Below are positions 1-9,685 of a stretch of 64,000 nt of DNA, in pieces. The stretch lies in the NCBI GenBank assembly GCA_964631255.1, contig CAZVWS010000004.1:35806-99805 (forward strand), in the 5' to 3' direction. The notes under the pieces are model-generated. The model saw only the letters and a list, made by a program, of their open reading frames with translations. It searched no databases and was not told the DNA's origin. The stretch is from an uncultured Dysgonomonadaceae bacterium. GTDB taxonomy: Bacteria > Bacteroidota > Bacteroidia > Bacteroidales > Dysgonomonadaceae. The translations under genes and the position numbers were made by a program. Each line of letters begins with the position of its first letter. The stretch's first letter is position 1.

Positions 1-1130
1 AATAGAGCAAAACTAACCAATCCTGCCAAAAGGCTGCAAATGATTGCAAACGCCACACTGCCAACAACGTATTGAAAAAGGGAGTTCATCACAAATTCCA
101 TAGAAATTGTTTGTACCGAAAAATTGAGCGGACGGCTCAGCAGCCAGGCTCCGGTTGCGTAACTACCGAAAAGAATGAACGGTATCATTGGCGGAATGCT
201 GATATTGGACGCTACCAACGTGATTACTTTGTTGAGTTTGAGCAGATGCGCCAACAAAAATGCCACTGCCATCTGGTAACCCCAAATAGGGACAATCCCC
301 ATAAAAATACCCAGCATGATTGCTGAAGTAATTCGTGCGTTGCTTTCAGGTGAATGGGTAATATTGGTACGTATGAATTTGCGAATGTTTTCTTTGGTGA
401 GGCTTCGCACCGCTTTCCACGGATAGTACCAAAGCAAAGCAATCAAAACCAAGACCGTGTTTAACAGACTGATACGAGTAAAATCGCGCCAAGGTCTGAA
501 ATGGCTAACCCTCTCTTCTTCCGGCGGATAATATACCCGAACGGGAATATTCCGCACATCGATACCTCGCCAAGCCGACTGGACAATTACCTCTAACTCA
601 AACTCATACTTCCCGGTAAAGAACGCCATTCCTCTCATCTTATTCAACGGATAGAGTCGAAAACCCGACTGCGTGTCTTGCATCTTTTTCCCGGTTTCAA
701 TCCGATACCAAAAATTGGAAAATTTATTGGCGAAAGTGTTTTTGCCGGGCATATTATCGGCTTGCAAATTTCGCGCGCCAATAAGCAAAGCGTCCGGTTT
801 TTGCTCAATTTCTGTCAAGAAAACGGAGATATCTTCGGGATAATGTTGCCCATCGGCATCCAACGTGATGGCGTAACGATAATCCTTTTGCCCAGCTTGT
901 TTTAAGGCGGTTTTCAGGGCGGCACCTTTACCTCTGTTTTTAGGGAAATGGATAATTTCAATATCGGCAAACTGCTCCAAAACGGACTTGGTGCCATCGG
1001 TAGAACCATCGTTTACCACCCAAATGGGCAGCCCGAATTTTTGTGTTCTGCTGATGATATCCCCCACCGTTTCGGCATTATTAAAGGTGGGAATAATGAC
1101 TACGATATTTTTATTATCCTGCTTCTCCAT
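1..1130 (-). CDS. Glycosyltransferase family 2 fused to a DUF2062-like membrane domain (C-terminus runs off the window)
   Basis: Manual reverse translation from ATG at 1130-1128 gives MEKQDNKNIVVIIPTFNNAETVGDIISRTQKFGLPIW...NDGSTDGT...LDADGQH, a GT2 core. The frame stays open to base 1 and ends in a hydrophobic tail. It is absent from the ORF track because no stop lies in the window. Plus-strand ORFs 72-326, 678-905 and 948-1340 are antisense shadows. Confidence 0.8.
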   Translation of the reverse strand, partial: MEKQDNKNIVVIIPTFNNAETVGDIISRTQKFGLPIWVVNDGSTDGTKSVLEQFADIEIIHFPKNRGKGAALKTALKQAGQKDYRYAITLDADGQHYPEDISVFLTEIEQKPDALLIGARNLQADNMPGKNTFANKFSNFWYRIETGKKMQDTQSGFRLYPLNKMRGMAFFTGKYEFELEVIVQSAWRGIDVRNIPVRVYYPPEEERVSHFRPWRDFTRISLLNTVLVLIALLWYYPWKAVRSLTKENIRKFIRTNITHSPESNARITSAIMLGIFMGIVPIWGYQMAVAFLLAHLLKLNKVITLVASNISIPPMIPFILFGSYATGAWLLSRPLNFSVQTISMEFVMNSLFQYVVGSVAFAIICSLLAGLVSFAL

Positions 1131-1486
1131 CAAAAAGATATAGTTGCTTTTAGCTTCATACATTGTGTGTTATCCACAAAAACAGCTCCTTTTATTTCGT
1201 TTTGTTCCGAAAGCGAAAACTCCAAAACAAACTCTTTGGTTACTTGTGGATTGATGACCGATAGAAATTTACATTCTCTGATTTTGCAGAAAAACACGGT
1301 TTTTCCAATTACCTCTTTGGTCGCGTTTTTTATCGCGTGAAGCAGGCAAACACCCGGCATAACGGGCATTTGAGGAAAATGTCCTGAAAAAATTGGGTGA
1401 TTTTGGTCGATTGTGCAAACAAATTGATAGCTGTTTTCCTCTTTCGTAAGTAAGCGCAATTGAAACAAATTGTGTAGTTTGACCAT
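1130..1486 (-). CDS. FabZ/FabA-like 3-hydroxyacyl-ACP dehydratase (hotdog fold)
   Basis: Motif HPIFSGHFPQMPVMPGVCLLH is typical of FabZ-like dehydratases. The stop overlaps the start of the downstream glycosyltransferase. Confidence 0.8.
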   Translation of the reverse strand: MVKLHNLFQLRLLTKEENSYQFVCTIDQNHPIFSGHFPQMPVMPGVCLLHAIKNATKEVIGKTVFFCKIRECKFLSVINPQVTKEFVLEFSLSEQNEIKGAVFVDNTQCMKLKATISF

Positions 1487-1546
1487 AAAATCTATTGGTT
1501 TTGATGCACAAATATAACCATATTTTTAGAAAAAAACGAAACGGAA

Positions 1547-2170
1547 TTATAGAGGACTCAATTCTCTCACCACAATGTTGGGCGCAAATAATCCTTTGTT
1601 GTTCAATTTCACTATTTTAGTGCCATTTTCGTAAAATATCTCGGCTTTAATGCCGGGTGTTTTTATTGTGTGGGGACAATTGTTTGCATCCACTCTGTAA
1701 AGATATGTGCCTTTATCTGCTTCAAAAGTGATGAGTTTGTCCGCCTTATTACACGTTGTTTGTTTTGCAAAAAAAGTATCGGGCAAGTTGTAGCCGAACA
1801 GCAATTTGAAATTTTCTTCAAATAAGCTGTGTATCAATAGCTTATTTAGTCCTTCGAACATATAATGCATTTTTGCCGAACGGGGCGATAGCTCAAAATC
1901 CATCATGCTCATACCGAAATAGGAGTTCACGATAACACGTGCCGTATCGCCCGATTGCCGTTTTACCAGCATCATCCCATTGGTGCGTTTTCCAACAATA
2001 CTAACCTCTATGTCAAACGATTGTAAACTATCCGAGACTGCAATTATTGGGCAAATATCTTGTCTATAGAGCGTGGATGAGGTAAAGTCGCTGCATCCTT
2101 TTTTAAGAGAAGAACACGACGAGAATAGCAAAACAAAAACAAACAGACTAACGAATAGTAAATTTTTCAT
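1547..2170 (-). CDS. Lipoprotein of unknown function (pigment-cluster associated)
   Basis: Signal peptide with lipobox LLFSSC. It overlaps the upstream LolA-like gene by 23 nt. Confidence 0.6.
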   Translation of the reverse strand: MKNLLFVSLFVFVLLFSSCSSLKKGCSDFTSSTLYRQDICPIIAVSDSLQSFDIEVSIVGKRTNGMMLVKRQSGDTARVIVNSYFGMSMMDFELSPRSAKMHYMFEGLNKLLIHSLFEENFKLLFGYNLPDTFFAKQTTCNKADKLITFEADKGTYLYRVDANNCPHTIKTPGIKAEIFYENGTKIVKLNNKGLFAPNIVVRELSPL

Positions 2171-2780
2171 TGTTTTTCAACGTGTTATATTTCTGATTGA
2201 AAAAGAAATAATCGGTATAATCGTTGTTGTTTTCAGTCATTCTCAATTGGATAACGCCCATTGTTTGGCGGTCGAAAGTAATCCCTATTTCTTTTACATA
2301 CGCCTGTATTGATTTGCTTATCGGTGTTATTTTGATGAAATAATCGGCATCCGACTGAAAATATTCCAACCGGTAATCTTTGCTCAAAGCCGAAATGTTA
2401 CCCACCATGCTTGCTTCGATTAACCCACGCATTTGTGCCATCATTTTGTTGCTTCCCAAATTTACCGTGGTTTTATTTTTTCCTGAAATTGTTTGAAGTT
2501 TTTCATTAGCAATGGTAATGTTATACGACATCGGTTTTTGGTATTGTAGGCTGATATTATTAGGTTTACGATAGTAAAATTTTCCCGAAGATATAATTTT
2601 TTCGGCGAAAACGCTCATGAATTTTTCTTGACGAAATTCGCTTTCAACCGATTGCGTTTTTTCGCTTACTGCTTGTAGTTTTTTCTCAAATTCCGATTTA
2701 TTGGTCATTTTTTGTCTGTTTTGTGCAAAACCGATTGGTGCCAAAATCAGTAAAAACATTACAATTAATTGTCGTATCAT
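2148..2780 (-). CDS. LolA-like outer-membrane lipoprotein carrier family protein
   Basis: N-terminal signal peptide (ILAPIGFAQ). Size and sequence character match the LolA-like proteins found in aryl-polyene clusters. Confidence 0.6.
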   Translation of the reverse strand: MIRQLIVMFLLILAPIGFAQNRQKMTNKSEFEKKLQAVSEKTQSVESEFRQEKFMSVFAEKIISSGKFYYRKPNNISLQYQKPMSYNITIANEKLQTISGKNKTTVNLGSNKMMAQMRGLIEASMVGNISALSKDYRLEYFQSDADYFIKITPISKSIQAYVKEIGITFDRQTMGVIQLRMTENNNDYTDYFFFNQKYNTLKNNEKFTIR

Positions 2781-2834
2781 TTTTTTCGTTTTTAAGATGC
2801 CTTATTTATTGAGATTGAATTTTTAAGAAATCGT

Positions 2835-3503
2835 TTAAATAACACTTTTCACGCTCCATCCGTTTTCTTTCAGATAAATCAATAATTTGTCGGTCAGTTC
2901 GGCTGCAAACGGCATTCTATCGTGCAAAAGTATAATATCGCGCGGTTTCAATTTCTTTTTTATTCGCTCCAAAACTTCATCGGCACTTGTGGCTTGCGTG
3001 TCTAACGAGCGCAAGCTCCAACCGATAGTTTTCAACCCTAACCCACTTACAACTTTACCGATAGGTAGATTTGTAACACCGAAAGGTGGACGAAAAAGCA
3101 GAATTTCTTCTCCCGCTATTTGTTCCAAAATTTGTTTTGATTTTAGCAAGTCGTTCATCATTCTTTTTTTGTTGTAAACGGGAAATTTATTTTCGTGCGA
3201 GTATGAATGATTTCCGATAAGATGACCTTCTGCATACATTCTTTTGACAATTTGGGGCGATTGCTCCGCTTTTTCCCCGATACAAAAAAAACAGGCTTTT
3301 ACCCGGTGTTTTCTCAATACATCCAAAACCAATGGCGTTGTACCAATTTCCGGGCCATCGTCATAAGTGAGGGCAACTGCTTTTTCGGTTGTATTTAGTT
3401 TGCATATTGCTTTCAAATACACGCCGGCAGAGATAGAATATGATGCGTAAAACAATGCAAACAAGAGCAATACAAGAATGGCGGCAATTACAAAAACAAT
3501 CAT
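2835..3503 (-). CDS. Polysaccharide deacetylase (NodB homology domain) with N-terminal membrane anchor
   Basis: Motifs LTYDDGP, HSYSH and LLHD. N-terminal hydrophobic helix. Confidence 0.8.
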   Translation of the reverse strand: MIVFVIAAILVLLLFALFYASYSISAGVYLKAICKLNTTEKAVALTYDDGPEIGTTPLVLDVLRKHRVKACFFCIGEKAEQSPQIVKRMYAEGHLIGNHSYSHENKFPVYNKKRMMNDLLKSKQILEQIAGEEILLFRPPFGVTNLPIGKVVSGLGLKTIGWSLRSLDTQATSADEVLERIKKKLKPRDIILLHDRMPFAAELTDKLLIYLKENGWSVKSVI

Positions 3504-4357
3504 TTTCTTATCAAAATTGATGTATGGTTATTCTGAAACGAATTACAAACAAGCATTGTTTCGTTTTCCGAAATCTGCGAACATGCGTGCCACAAGCCAA
3601 ATGCTGCGGCAGTAAAATATTCGCCACAAATAGATTTATACTCCTCTTCGTGAAAGATACGGGCATTTTCTGCTCTGTTTTTTTGTAAAAAATGTTTTCT
3701 TTTTTCTGCCAATGTCGTGTTGGAATAATCACCACTTTGCATATCCACCGCCACGATTTGGGCAAATGTATCGGTTGTTTTGTTGGTCGAAAGCAGAAAA
3801 AAAGCAGTTCCTTCGCCGGCACAGTAATGACGATAAACCCCCATTTTCTCCAAAATATGGAAAAGTGTCGGTGTCAGTTCATCTATTGCGCCAACCAAAA
3901 TATTTTTTGCTTCACCGCATTGTAGTTGCATCAGGCTGTCAATCAGTGCACTTTCGAATGAAAAATTGCGATGTACGTAAGTGGTATTGTAGGATTTATT
4001 ACCCGAAATCAAAGCAATTTGCCCTCCAATTGTGTTGAATGTGGACTGGATGAACGGCGTAGGCGAAAGCAGTTCTTCGTTTTGCTCAAAAATAGATTGC
4101 ATGAATTTCTCGGTATCGCCCAGAAAACCTAATCCGGTGGCAGTTATTATAGCATCTACCTGTGTGTAAGCTGATTGCAAGCATTGAAGTCCTGCAGCAA
4201 CGCCCATTTTTACCATTCTGCTCATCCGTCTTCGTAGTCCCGCATCCGTAATCCAATGTTTGTAATCCGGTTCTTGGGCAAACAACTTATTCTCAGAGCA
4301 GTTTCCCATTGGATGAATGGACGACGCAGATTGTATATAAACAGGCAATTTATTCAT
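3500..4357 (-). CDS. Ketosynthase-like protein lacking the catalytic Cys (chain-length-factor-like)
   Basis: Thiolase-fold similarity without an ACSS-type active-site Cys. Start re-set to MNKLPVYIQ (ATG 4357-4355), which overlaps the stop of the upstream KS (ATGAATAA). Confidence 0.7.
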   Translation of the reverse strand: MNKLPVYIQSASSIHPMGNCSENKLFAQEPDYKHWITDAGLRRRMSRMVKMGVAAGLQCLQSAYTQVDAIITATGLGFLGDTEKFMQSIFEQNEELLSPTPFIQSTFNTIGGQIALISGNKSYNTTYVHRNFSFESALIDSLMQLQCGEAKNILVGAIDELTPTLFHILEKMGVYRHYCAGEGTAFFLLSTNKTTDTFAQIVAVDMQSGDYSNTTLAEKRKHFLQKNRAENARIFHEEEYKSICGEYFTAAAFGLWHACSQISENETMLVCNSFQNNHTSILIRK

Positions 4358-5546
4358 GAATAGCGTGTTTCTGAAATATAAGCGATGTATTGTTTCCTCC
4401 AAAACCAAACGAATTGGAGAGTACCGTATGGAGGGTACAATTTTCCTTGAAATCGGAAACGGGTGTGAGATTGGTTTCTGTTATAGGCGCGCAAAAACGA
4501 AGATTTGGGAATATCACGTTGTGGTGGATGGACATCAAGCTAAAAACGGTTTCCAATCCACCGGCAGCACCAAGCGTGTGTCCCGTGAATGCTTTGGTAG
4601 AGCTAAACATGGGGATATTATCGGCAAAAAGTCGTTTGATTGCCACACTTTCCGAAAGGTCATTATTCTTTGTTCCCGTACCGTGCGCGTTGATATAATC
4701 CACATCCGATGGCGTTATTCCGGCTTTTTCCAAAGCTCGGCTCATTGCCAAAAAAGCACCTTCGCCATGAGGCGACGAAGCTGTTTGATGGAAAGCATCG
4801 TTGGCATTGGCATAGCCGATTAGTTTACCATATATTTTGGGTGAAATTCGCGATAATTTCTCCGACTGTAATACCACGTATCCGGCTCCTTCGCCCAGAT
4901 TTAAACCGTTTCTGTTTTCATCATATGGACAACAAGGATTTTGGTCAAGAATGAGTAGTGAATTGAATCCGTTCCATGTGAATTTGCAAAGTGCATCAGC
5001 TCCTCCGGCAATGACTACATCCAACACATCTTGCTCTATCATTCTCGCGCCCAATAAAATAGCATTTGCAGCCGATGAGCAAGCGGTACTGATGGTTGTT
5101 CTAAATCCAGAAATATTTAGGTAGGCAGCAACTTGCTCGGTATGGTCTCCAATATCGTGATGTGCCACGTTTCTCAAGCGCACGTTTTGACTTTTCGTGA
5201 GGGCGGGATATACATTTTCGGTCAAATCCATTCCTCCGGTGGAAGATGCCGATATCAACCCGATTCGCACATCCTTTGCATACAAATGGGCATCATCAAA
5301 AGCTTGTTTGGCAGCGCACATTGCCAAGAGAGCAGTTCGAGAAAAAGTTTCTCGATGAGAAAGGCCAAGAATGCTTTTCAGTTCGGAGTTCGCCCTTTTT
5401 ACTTCGGCAACCGGAAATTGCAATCGGGAGCGAAAAAGTGTAATCTTTCCCAACCCATCTTGCTTGTTTCTAAAAGCTTGCAGATGCTCATTGGCATCCA
5501 ATCCGATGCCCGAAACACATCCAATGCCGGTAATAAAAACGCTCAC
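4350..5546 (-). CDS. Beta-ketoacyl-ACP synthase
   Basis: Active-site motifs STACSSA, NAHGTGT and GHTLGAAG. 4-nt overlap with the upstream ACP gene. Confidence 0.9.
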   Translation of the reverse strand: MSVFITGIGCVSGIGLDANEHLQAFRNKQDGLGKITLFRSRLQFPVAEVKRANSELKSILGLSHRETFSRTALLAMCAAKQAFDDAHLYAKDVRIGLISASSTGGMDLTENVYPALTKSQNVRLRNVAHHDIGDHTEQVAAYLNISGFRTTISTACSSAANAILLGARMIEQDVLDVVIAGGADALCKFTWNGFNSLLILDQNPCCPYDENRNGLNLGEGAGYVVLQSEKLSRISPKIYGKLIGYANANDAFHQTASSPHGEGAFLAMSRALEKAGITPSDVDYINAHGTGTKNNDLSESVAIKRLFADNIPMFSSTKAFTGHTLGAAGGLETVFSLMSIHHNVIFPNLRFCAPITETNLTPVSDFKENCTLHTVLSNSFGFGGNNTSLIFQKHAIHE

Positions 5547-5800
5547 TTTTTCCTGTTTTCGTGGATGTATTTACTCAGTGTATCAACGGAGTAAAAGACT
5601 TCTTTGGCTTCTTCTGGTTTTTCTATGCGTATGCCGTAGTTACGCTCGAGAATTAGAATTATTTCTAACGCGTCAATCGAATCTAAGCCCAATCCATCGC
5701 CAAAAAGCGGTGCGGCATCCTCTATCTCTTCGGGTGTGATATCTTCTAAGTTGAGCGATTGTATTAGAGACTCTTTGAGTTCTTGTTTTAGTTTATCCAT
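5543..5800 (-). CDS. Acyl carrier protein
   Basis: 85 aa with a GLDSIDALE phosphopantetheine attachment motif. Confidence 0.9.
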   Translation of the reverse strand: MDKLKQELKESLIQSLNLEDITPEEIEDAAPLFGDGLGLDSIDALEIILILERNYGIRIEKPEEAKEVFYSVDTLSKYIHENRKK

Positions 5801-5928
5801 TTTCTATAAAAATAAATAGTTACGAGTTATGATTATATCTCTATTTTTTAATGTTTTAATCTTCAAAAATAATACAAAATAAGCAATGTTGAAAAAAAAT
5901 CAGCTTACCATTAATTGAAAACTATGTT

Positions 5929-7692
5929 TTATTTTACTTTTTCAACAAGAAAAAATTCAGCTTCAAAATCCTCCGTCAGCAAATCGCACCATCCTACGAT
6001 GCAAGTTTGCAAATTTTGCGCTTGCATTGCCAACCGAGCATAGTGCATCAGAAAATAGAAATCGGGTTTTTCTTGGATGAAAAACGTGTTTTCTCCCTTT
6101 ATTTTCCACCGGATGCAGATTTCACCCAACATCACATTTGGCAATGTATAAACAAAAATAGCGGGACTAACTTCGTAGTCTCCAACGGAATCCATATTTC
6201 GTCTGAAATTTACATCGGTATGAAGCGACGCGCTTTTGTTGGCAACAACGATACCTTTACTTTCGGGTTGGATTTGGGAAAAATCATCTGCAGAACGAAG
6301 TAAAAAGGCGGTTGTGATAAATCCCAATTTGGATAAATCGTCCATTTTATAAAATTTACGATAATCTAAATCCAAAAAAGTGTACGCTTTACGAATAAAA
6401 GTTGCAAAATTGTCTGCCGACTCGTTTGAAATTTCTGTTTTATTATCCACATAAATACCGGTTTTATCTGTTTTGCAATGTGATACAACTTGTGTTTCAA
6501 ATGTATTGTGTATGAATTCCGGATTCGCTTTGGATGCTGTACCAATCACGATTGCCGCGTTACATCCTCCAAAACCGGATGCCGTTTTCAGACAAGTAGT
6601 TAACTCCATCTGCTTGTGTTTGGATGAAATACAGAGCGGAAAAGGCACGCCGTTTGCTTCGTAATTGGGAATTCCCAACATGCGGTTTTGTTCAATTTGT
6701 TTTTTGCAAAAAATGGTTTCGATAATGCCCGATGCGCCCAAAGTATGCCCTAAAAAAGGCTTCAAACTTTGCGTAGGTGTCTCGGTTAATCCAATCAGAT
6801 GCAACGCTTTGCTTTCCATCTCGTCGTTATAAATAGTCGCCGTGCCGTGTGTGTTCACAAACGATATATCTGTGGCTTGCAGATTTGCTTCGGTCATGGC
6901 GTTGAACATGGCAGCCGACAACTCTTGCCCCGTGCGCGAAGGACCCGAAATATGGTTGGAATCGTTGCTTATAGCTCCTCCCAACAGACAAATTGGCTCG
7001 GGTTCTGCAACCATTGTTGCATCGGATGTGAGCAACAAAGAGCCACAGGCTTCTCCCAACGAAAGTCCATCGCGAGCAGCATCGTAGGGTTTGCAAATAT
7101 TTCTACTTATCGATTTAAAAGCATGAAAACCGGCAGTTACAAAATGGGTAAGCTCATCGCCTCCGGCAACGATTATGTTTTTGTACGTGCCGTTTTGGAT
7201 GAGCCGTTTGCCCGTGATAAGTGCCGAAACGCCCGAAATGCAAGCATTGCAAACTACAATGGGCTTGGTAGTAAAACCAAAATAAGCAGCTATTCTTTCG
7301 GCAAAATCTGTCAGATAAAGCTTTGTATCGGTCTCATTTTCTGCCGATAATAGTCCTATATTTCCTTTTGTGGATGAGATGATGAGCCCACAATTGGATT
7401 CCGTTACATCTATTTTTCCAGTAAATATAGTTTTTTCTATAGAGAGGATAAAAAGTTGTTCCAAACGAGTAAAGCGGTACAATTTTTTCTTGCTGACATA
7501 ATTTTGTAGTTTTGAATCCGAAATTTGCGCAGCCAAAAAGGGTTCTACGTATAGCAACGGGTTGTTTATTAGGTTGATACCCGAATCATAATTCAGCATT
7601 TTGTTCCAATTTTCGTCGGTAGAAAAGCCCAAAGAGCTAATTACGCAATCGGCTGTTATATAGACTGCTGTATGTTCCATTTCTCTTTCCAT
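5929..7692 (-). CDS. Beta-ketoacyl synthase with ~190-aa C-terminal KS-N-lobe-like extension
   Basis: Motifs CNACISG, NTHGTAT and GHTLGASG. The C-terminal part contains KFYKMDDLSKLGFITTAFLL, which resembles a KS N-terminal segment. Confidence 0.8.
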   Translation of the reverse strand: MEREMEHTAVYITADCVISSLGFSTDENWNKMLNYDSGINLINNPLLYVEPFLAAQISDSKLQNYVSKKKLYRFTRLEQLFILSIEKTIFTGKIDVTESNCGLIISSTKGNIGLLSAENETDTKLYLTDFAERIAAYFGFTTKPIVVCNACISGVSALITGKRLIQNGTYKNIIVAGGDELTHFVTAGFHAFKSISRNICKPYDAARDGLSLGEACGSLLLTSDATMVAEPEPICLLGGAISNDSNHISGPSRTGQELSAAMFNAMTEANLQATDISFVNTHGTATIYNDEMESKALHLIGLTETPTQSLKPFLGHTLGASGIIETIFCKKQIEQNRMLGIPNYEANGVPFPLCISSKHKQMELTTCLKTASGFGGCNAAIVIGTASKANPEFIHNTFETQVVSHCKTDKTGIYVDNKTEISNESADNFATFIRKAYTFLDLDYRKFYKMDDLSKLGFITTAFLLRSADDFSQIQPESKGIVVANKSASLHTDVNFRRNMDSVGDYEVSPAIFVYTLPNVMLGEICIRWKIKGENTFFIQEKPDFYFLMHYARLAMQAQNLQTCIVGWCDLLTEDFEAEFFLVEKVK

Positions 7693-8108
7693 TTCAAATA
7701 AAAATCAGGATTGTTCAGTTCCAAAACCCCTGTCTCTATATTTGTAAATACTTGAATAGTAGAAGCCTCGGCAACTATGGCATTGTCGCTCTTGCGAAAA
7801 ATAGTGTAATCGAACTGAATTTTGGCAGCATCGCAAGCCACAAACCGTGTTTCTACAATAGCTTGTTCGTTGAAGGAGAGCGATAGCTTGTAATCTATAT
7901 TCAGCTTCACAATTGGCGCGGCAAAGCCCTCGTTTTTTATGTCCATGTAACCAATTCCGTAGCGTTTGCCAAAAGCCTCGCGACCATCTTCTATGTATTT
8001 CACATATTCGCCGTGCCACACTATTTGCAGCGCATCTATCTCGCTAAAGCGCACTTTTATTTCAATCTTGTCGGTCAAGGCAGCGGTTCTTTTTTGTTTT
8101 CTTCTCAT
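7656..8108 (-). CDS. 4HBT/YbgC-type acyl-thioesterase
   Basis: Hotdog thioesterase signature VRFSEIDALQIVWHGEYVKYIEDGREAF. Confidence 0.75.
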   Translation of the reverse strand: MRRKQKRTAALTDKIEIKVRFSEIDALQIVWHGEYVKYIEDGREAFGKRYGIGYMDIKNEGFAAPIVKLNIDYKLSLSFNEQAIVETRFVACDAAKIQFDYTIFRKSDNAIVAEASTIQVFTNIETGVLELNNPDFYLKWKEKWNIQQSI

Positions 8109-8560
8109 TGCTCTCTGTTCAAATAAATTTTTAATTCGCCTTCGGCAACCATTTCCTCGTTTGCTCTTGATTGTACACGTGCCAGCGTAATGTTCCCAAC
8201 TTCTTGTACAACAGTTACTATTGTTTGCAACTTATCACCTAATTGGGGTAAAAAATATATCGATAATTTGCTCACAGCACCTATAAAACCGATAGGAACA
8301 GGCTCTTTTTTCTGCAAGAAAATATATCCGATACGGGCAGCTGCCGACTGCGCAAAGTGCTCAATAATACCTTCTTCGGAAAGTTTTCCTTGGTCACAAA
8401 AAATATTTTCGGTAATTACCGTGAGGGATGAAAACGAGTGTTGGTTGTCCATTCCATAAAACGCATCTACCAAAACCATGGGCGAGCGTTGGGGTATGAG
8501 TTGTAAAATATCGTTCCCTTCAAAAAGAGGTGTTTTAAAAAAATGTGCAAAATTTTCCAT
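8105..8560 (-). CDS. Hotdog-fold dehydratase-like protein of aryl-polyene clusters
   Basis: Size and position match APE-cluster dehydratases. Start re-set to MENFAHFFK, downstream of the methyltransferase stop. Confidence 0.55.
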   Translation of the reverse strand: MENFAHFFKTPLFEGNDILQLIPQRSPMVLVDAFYGMDNQHSFSSLTVITENIFCDQGKLSEEGIIEHFAQSAAARIGYIFLQKKEPVPIGFIGAVSKLSIYFLPQLGDKLQTIVTVVQEVGNITLARVQSRANEEMVAEGELKIYLNREQ

Positions 8561-8577
8561 ATACAGATGTTTTTCAA

Positions 8578-9660
8578 CTAAATAACACACTCTAATATGG
8601 TGTGTCCAAGACCTAAATTATCGTGAATTTTTTCAATTTTCAACCCTGCTTTTTCTATCAATCGTATCATATCGGCAGAATAATACATTTTGCTGTTTCC
8701 GTTTGCCAAAGCGGTAAAATAGACACTTGTTTGTGTCAAGTCGAATGCCGATGTTTCGTATTTTTGTCTGTCCCAAAAGGTTTCCATGATGAATAGCCGA
8801 CAATTTTTTGTCATCGACTTCGCGGCGTTGGAGACTATTTTCAAAATCTGTTCTTCGGAAAAACAGTCCAAAAATTGACTCATCCAAATGGCTTCAAACG
8901 GTGTGGGGAATTGGGCTTCGGGATGCAGTACATTGGCAGCATACCCGCTGATGCGGTTGGCAAATTTGGTTTTGCTCACTTGCTCGCGCATGGTAGCTAT
9001 TTGTTGTGGCAAATCCATGATTGTAACATGCACATCGCTGTTAAATTCTACGCACTGCAACGCCCAACGTCCGGTATTGCCACCTACGTCTAACAACGTT
9101 TTTGGCGAATGTTGGAACACAATTTCCAATGCTTGCTTAAACGAATTGTCGGAATAGAAATGGTCGAAACCGAACCAACTGCTCTGTACCTCAGCCGGTA
9201 ATGACGATAAACCCTCGTAGATGGTTTCCCAGTTGCCAAAAACTTTTAGCCCTTCGGGCTTATCATTTTTTAATGCTTCCTCTAAGGAGAAAAGTCCCAA
9301 ATAATTGACATCGTGGTTAAAATTCATATTTACTTCTATCATGGGATCTGTCAAACAAAACCAACCAATTTTACTTAGCAAAAATCGTCCGTTGTGAAGC
9401 AAAATTGTACCTGTGGTGAGCGACGATTCTAACAAGATTTGTACAGCATAACGCGATAAACCTGTTTTTTGGACGACCTCATCCAACGAGAGACCCTGGT
9501 CATTATCTCTGAGAAGAGAAAAAATACCAAACTTGTGCATAAGCCTAGTAATTTGAAAAACAACGGGGGCAAAGGCTATCAGGTGCGCCATTCGTTGCGC
9601 ATCGGGAGCCGATATGTGGTCTTTTTCGTAAGCTTCCTTCAGAGGAGAATTAAGTTTCAT
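8578..9660 (-). CDS. SAM-dependent O-methyltransferase
   Basis: Class I SAM-binding motif LLDVGGNTG, with an N-terminal winged-helix/dimerisation-like region. Confidence 0.85.
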   Translation of the reverse strand: MKLNSPLKEAYEKDHISAPDAQRMAHLIAFAPVVFQITRLMHKFGIFSLLRDNDQGLSLDEVVQKTGLSRYAVQILLESSLTTGTILLHNGRFLLSKIGWFCLTDPMIEVNMNFNHDVNYLGLFSLEEALKNDKPEGLKVFGNWETIYEGLSSLPAEVQSSWFGFDHFYSDNSFKQALEIVFQHSPKTLLDVGGNTGRWALQCVEFNSDVHVTIMDLPQQIATMREQVSKTKFANRISGYAANVLHPEAQFPTPFEAIWMSQFLDCFSEEQILKIVSNAAKSMTKNCRLFIMETFWDRQKYETSAFDLTQTSVYFTALANGNSKMYYSADMIRLIEKAGLKIEKIHDNLGLGHTILECVI

Positions 9661-9685
9661 CTTGTATATTCAATTTCGTTTGTTT

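Noticed and set aside
72-1340. Plus-strand ORFs 72-326, 678-905 and 948-1340
   Set aside because: The minus strand here encodes a continuous GT2-DUF2062 protein with clear motifs, so these are antisense artefacts.
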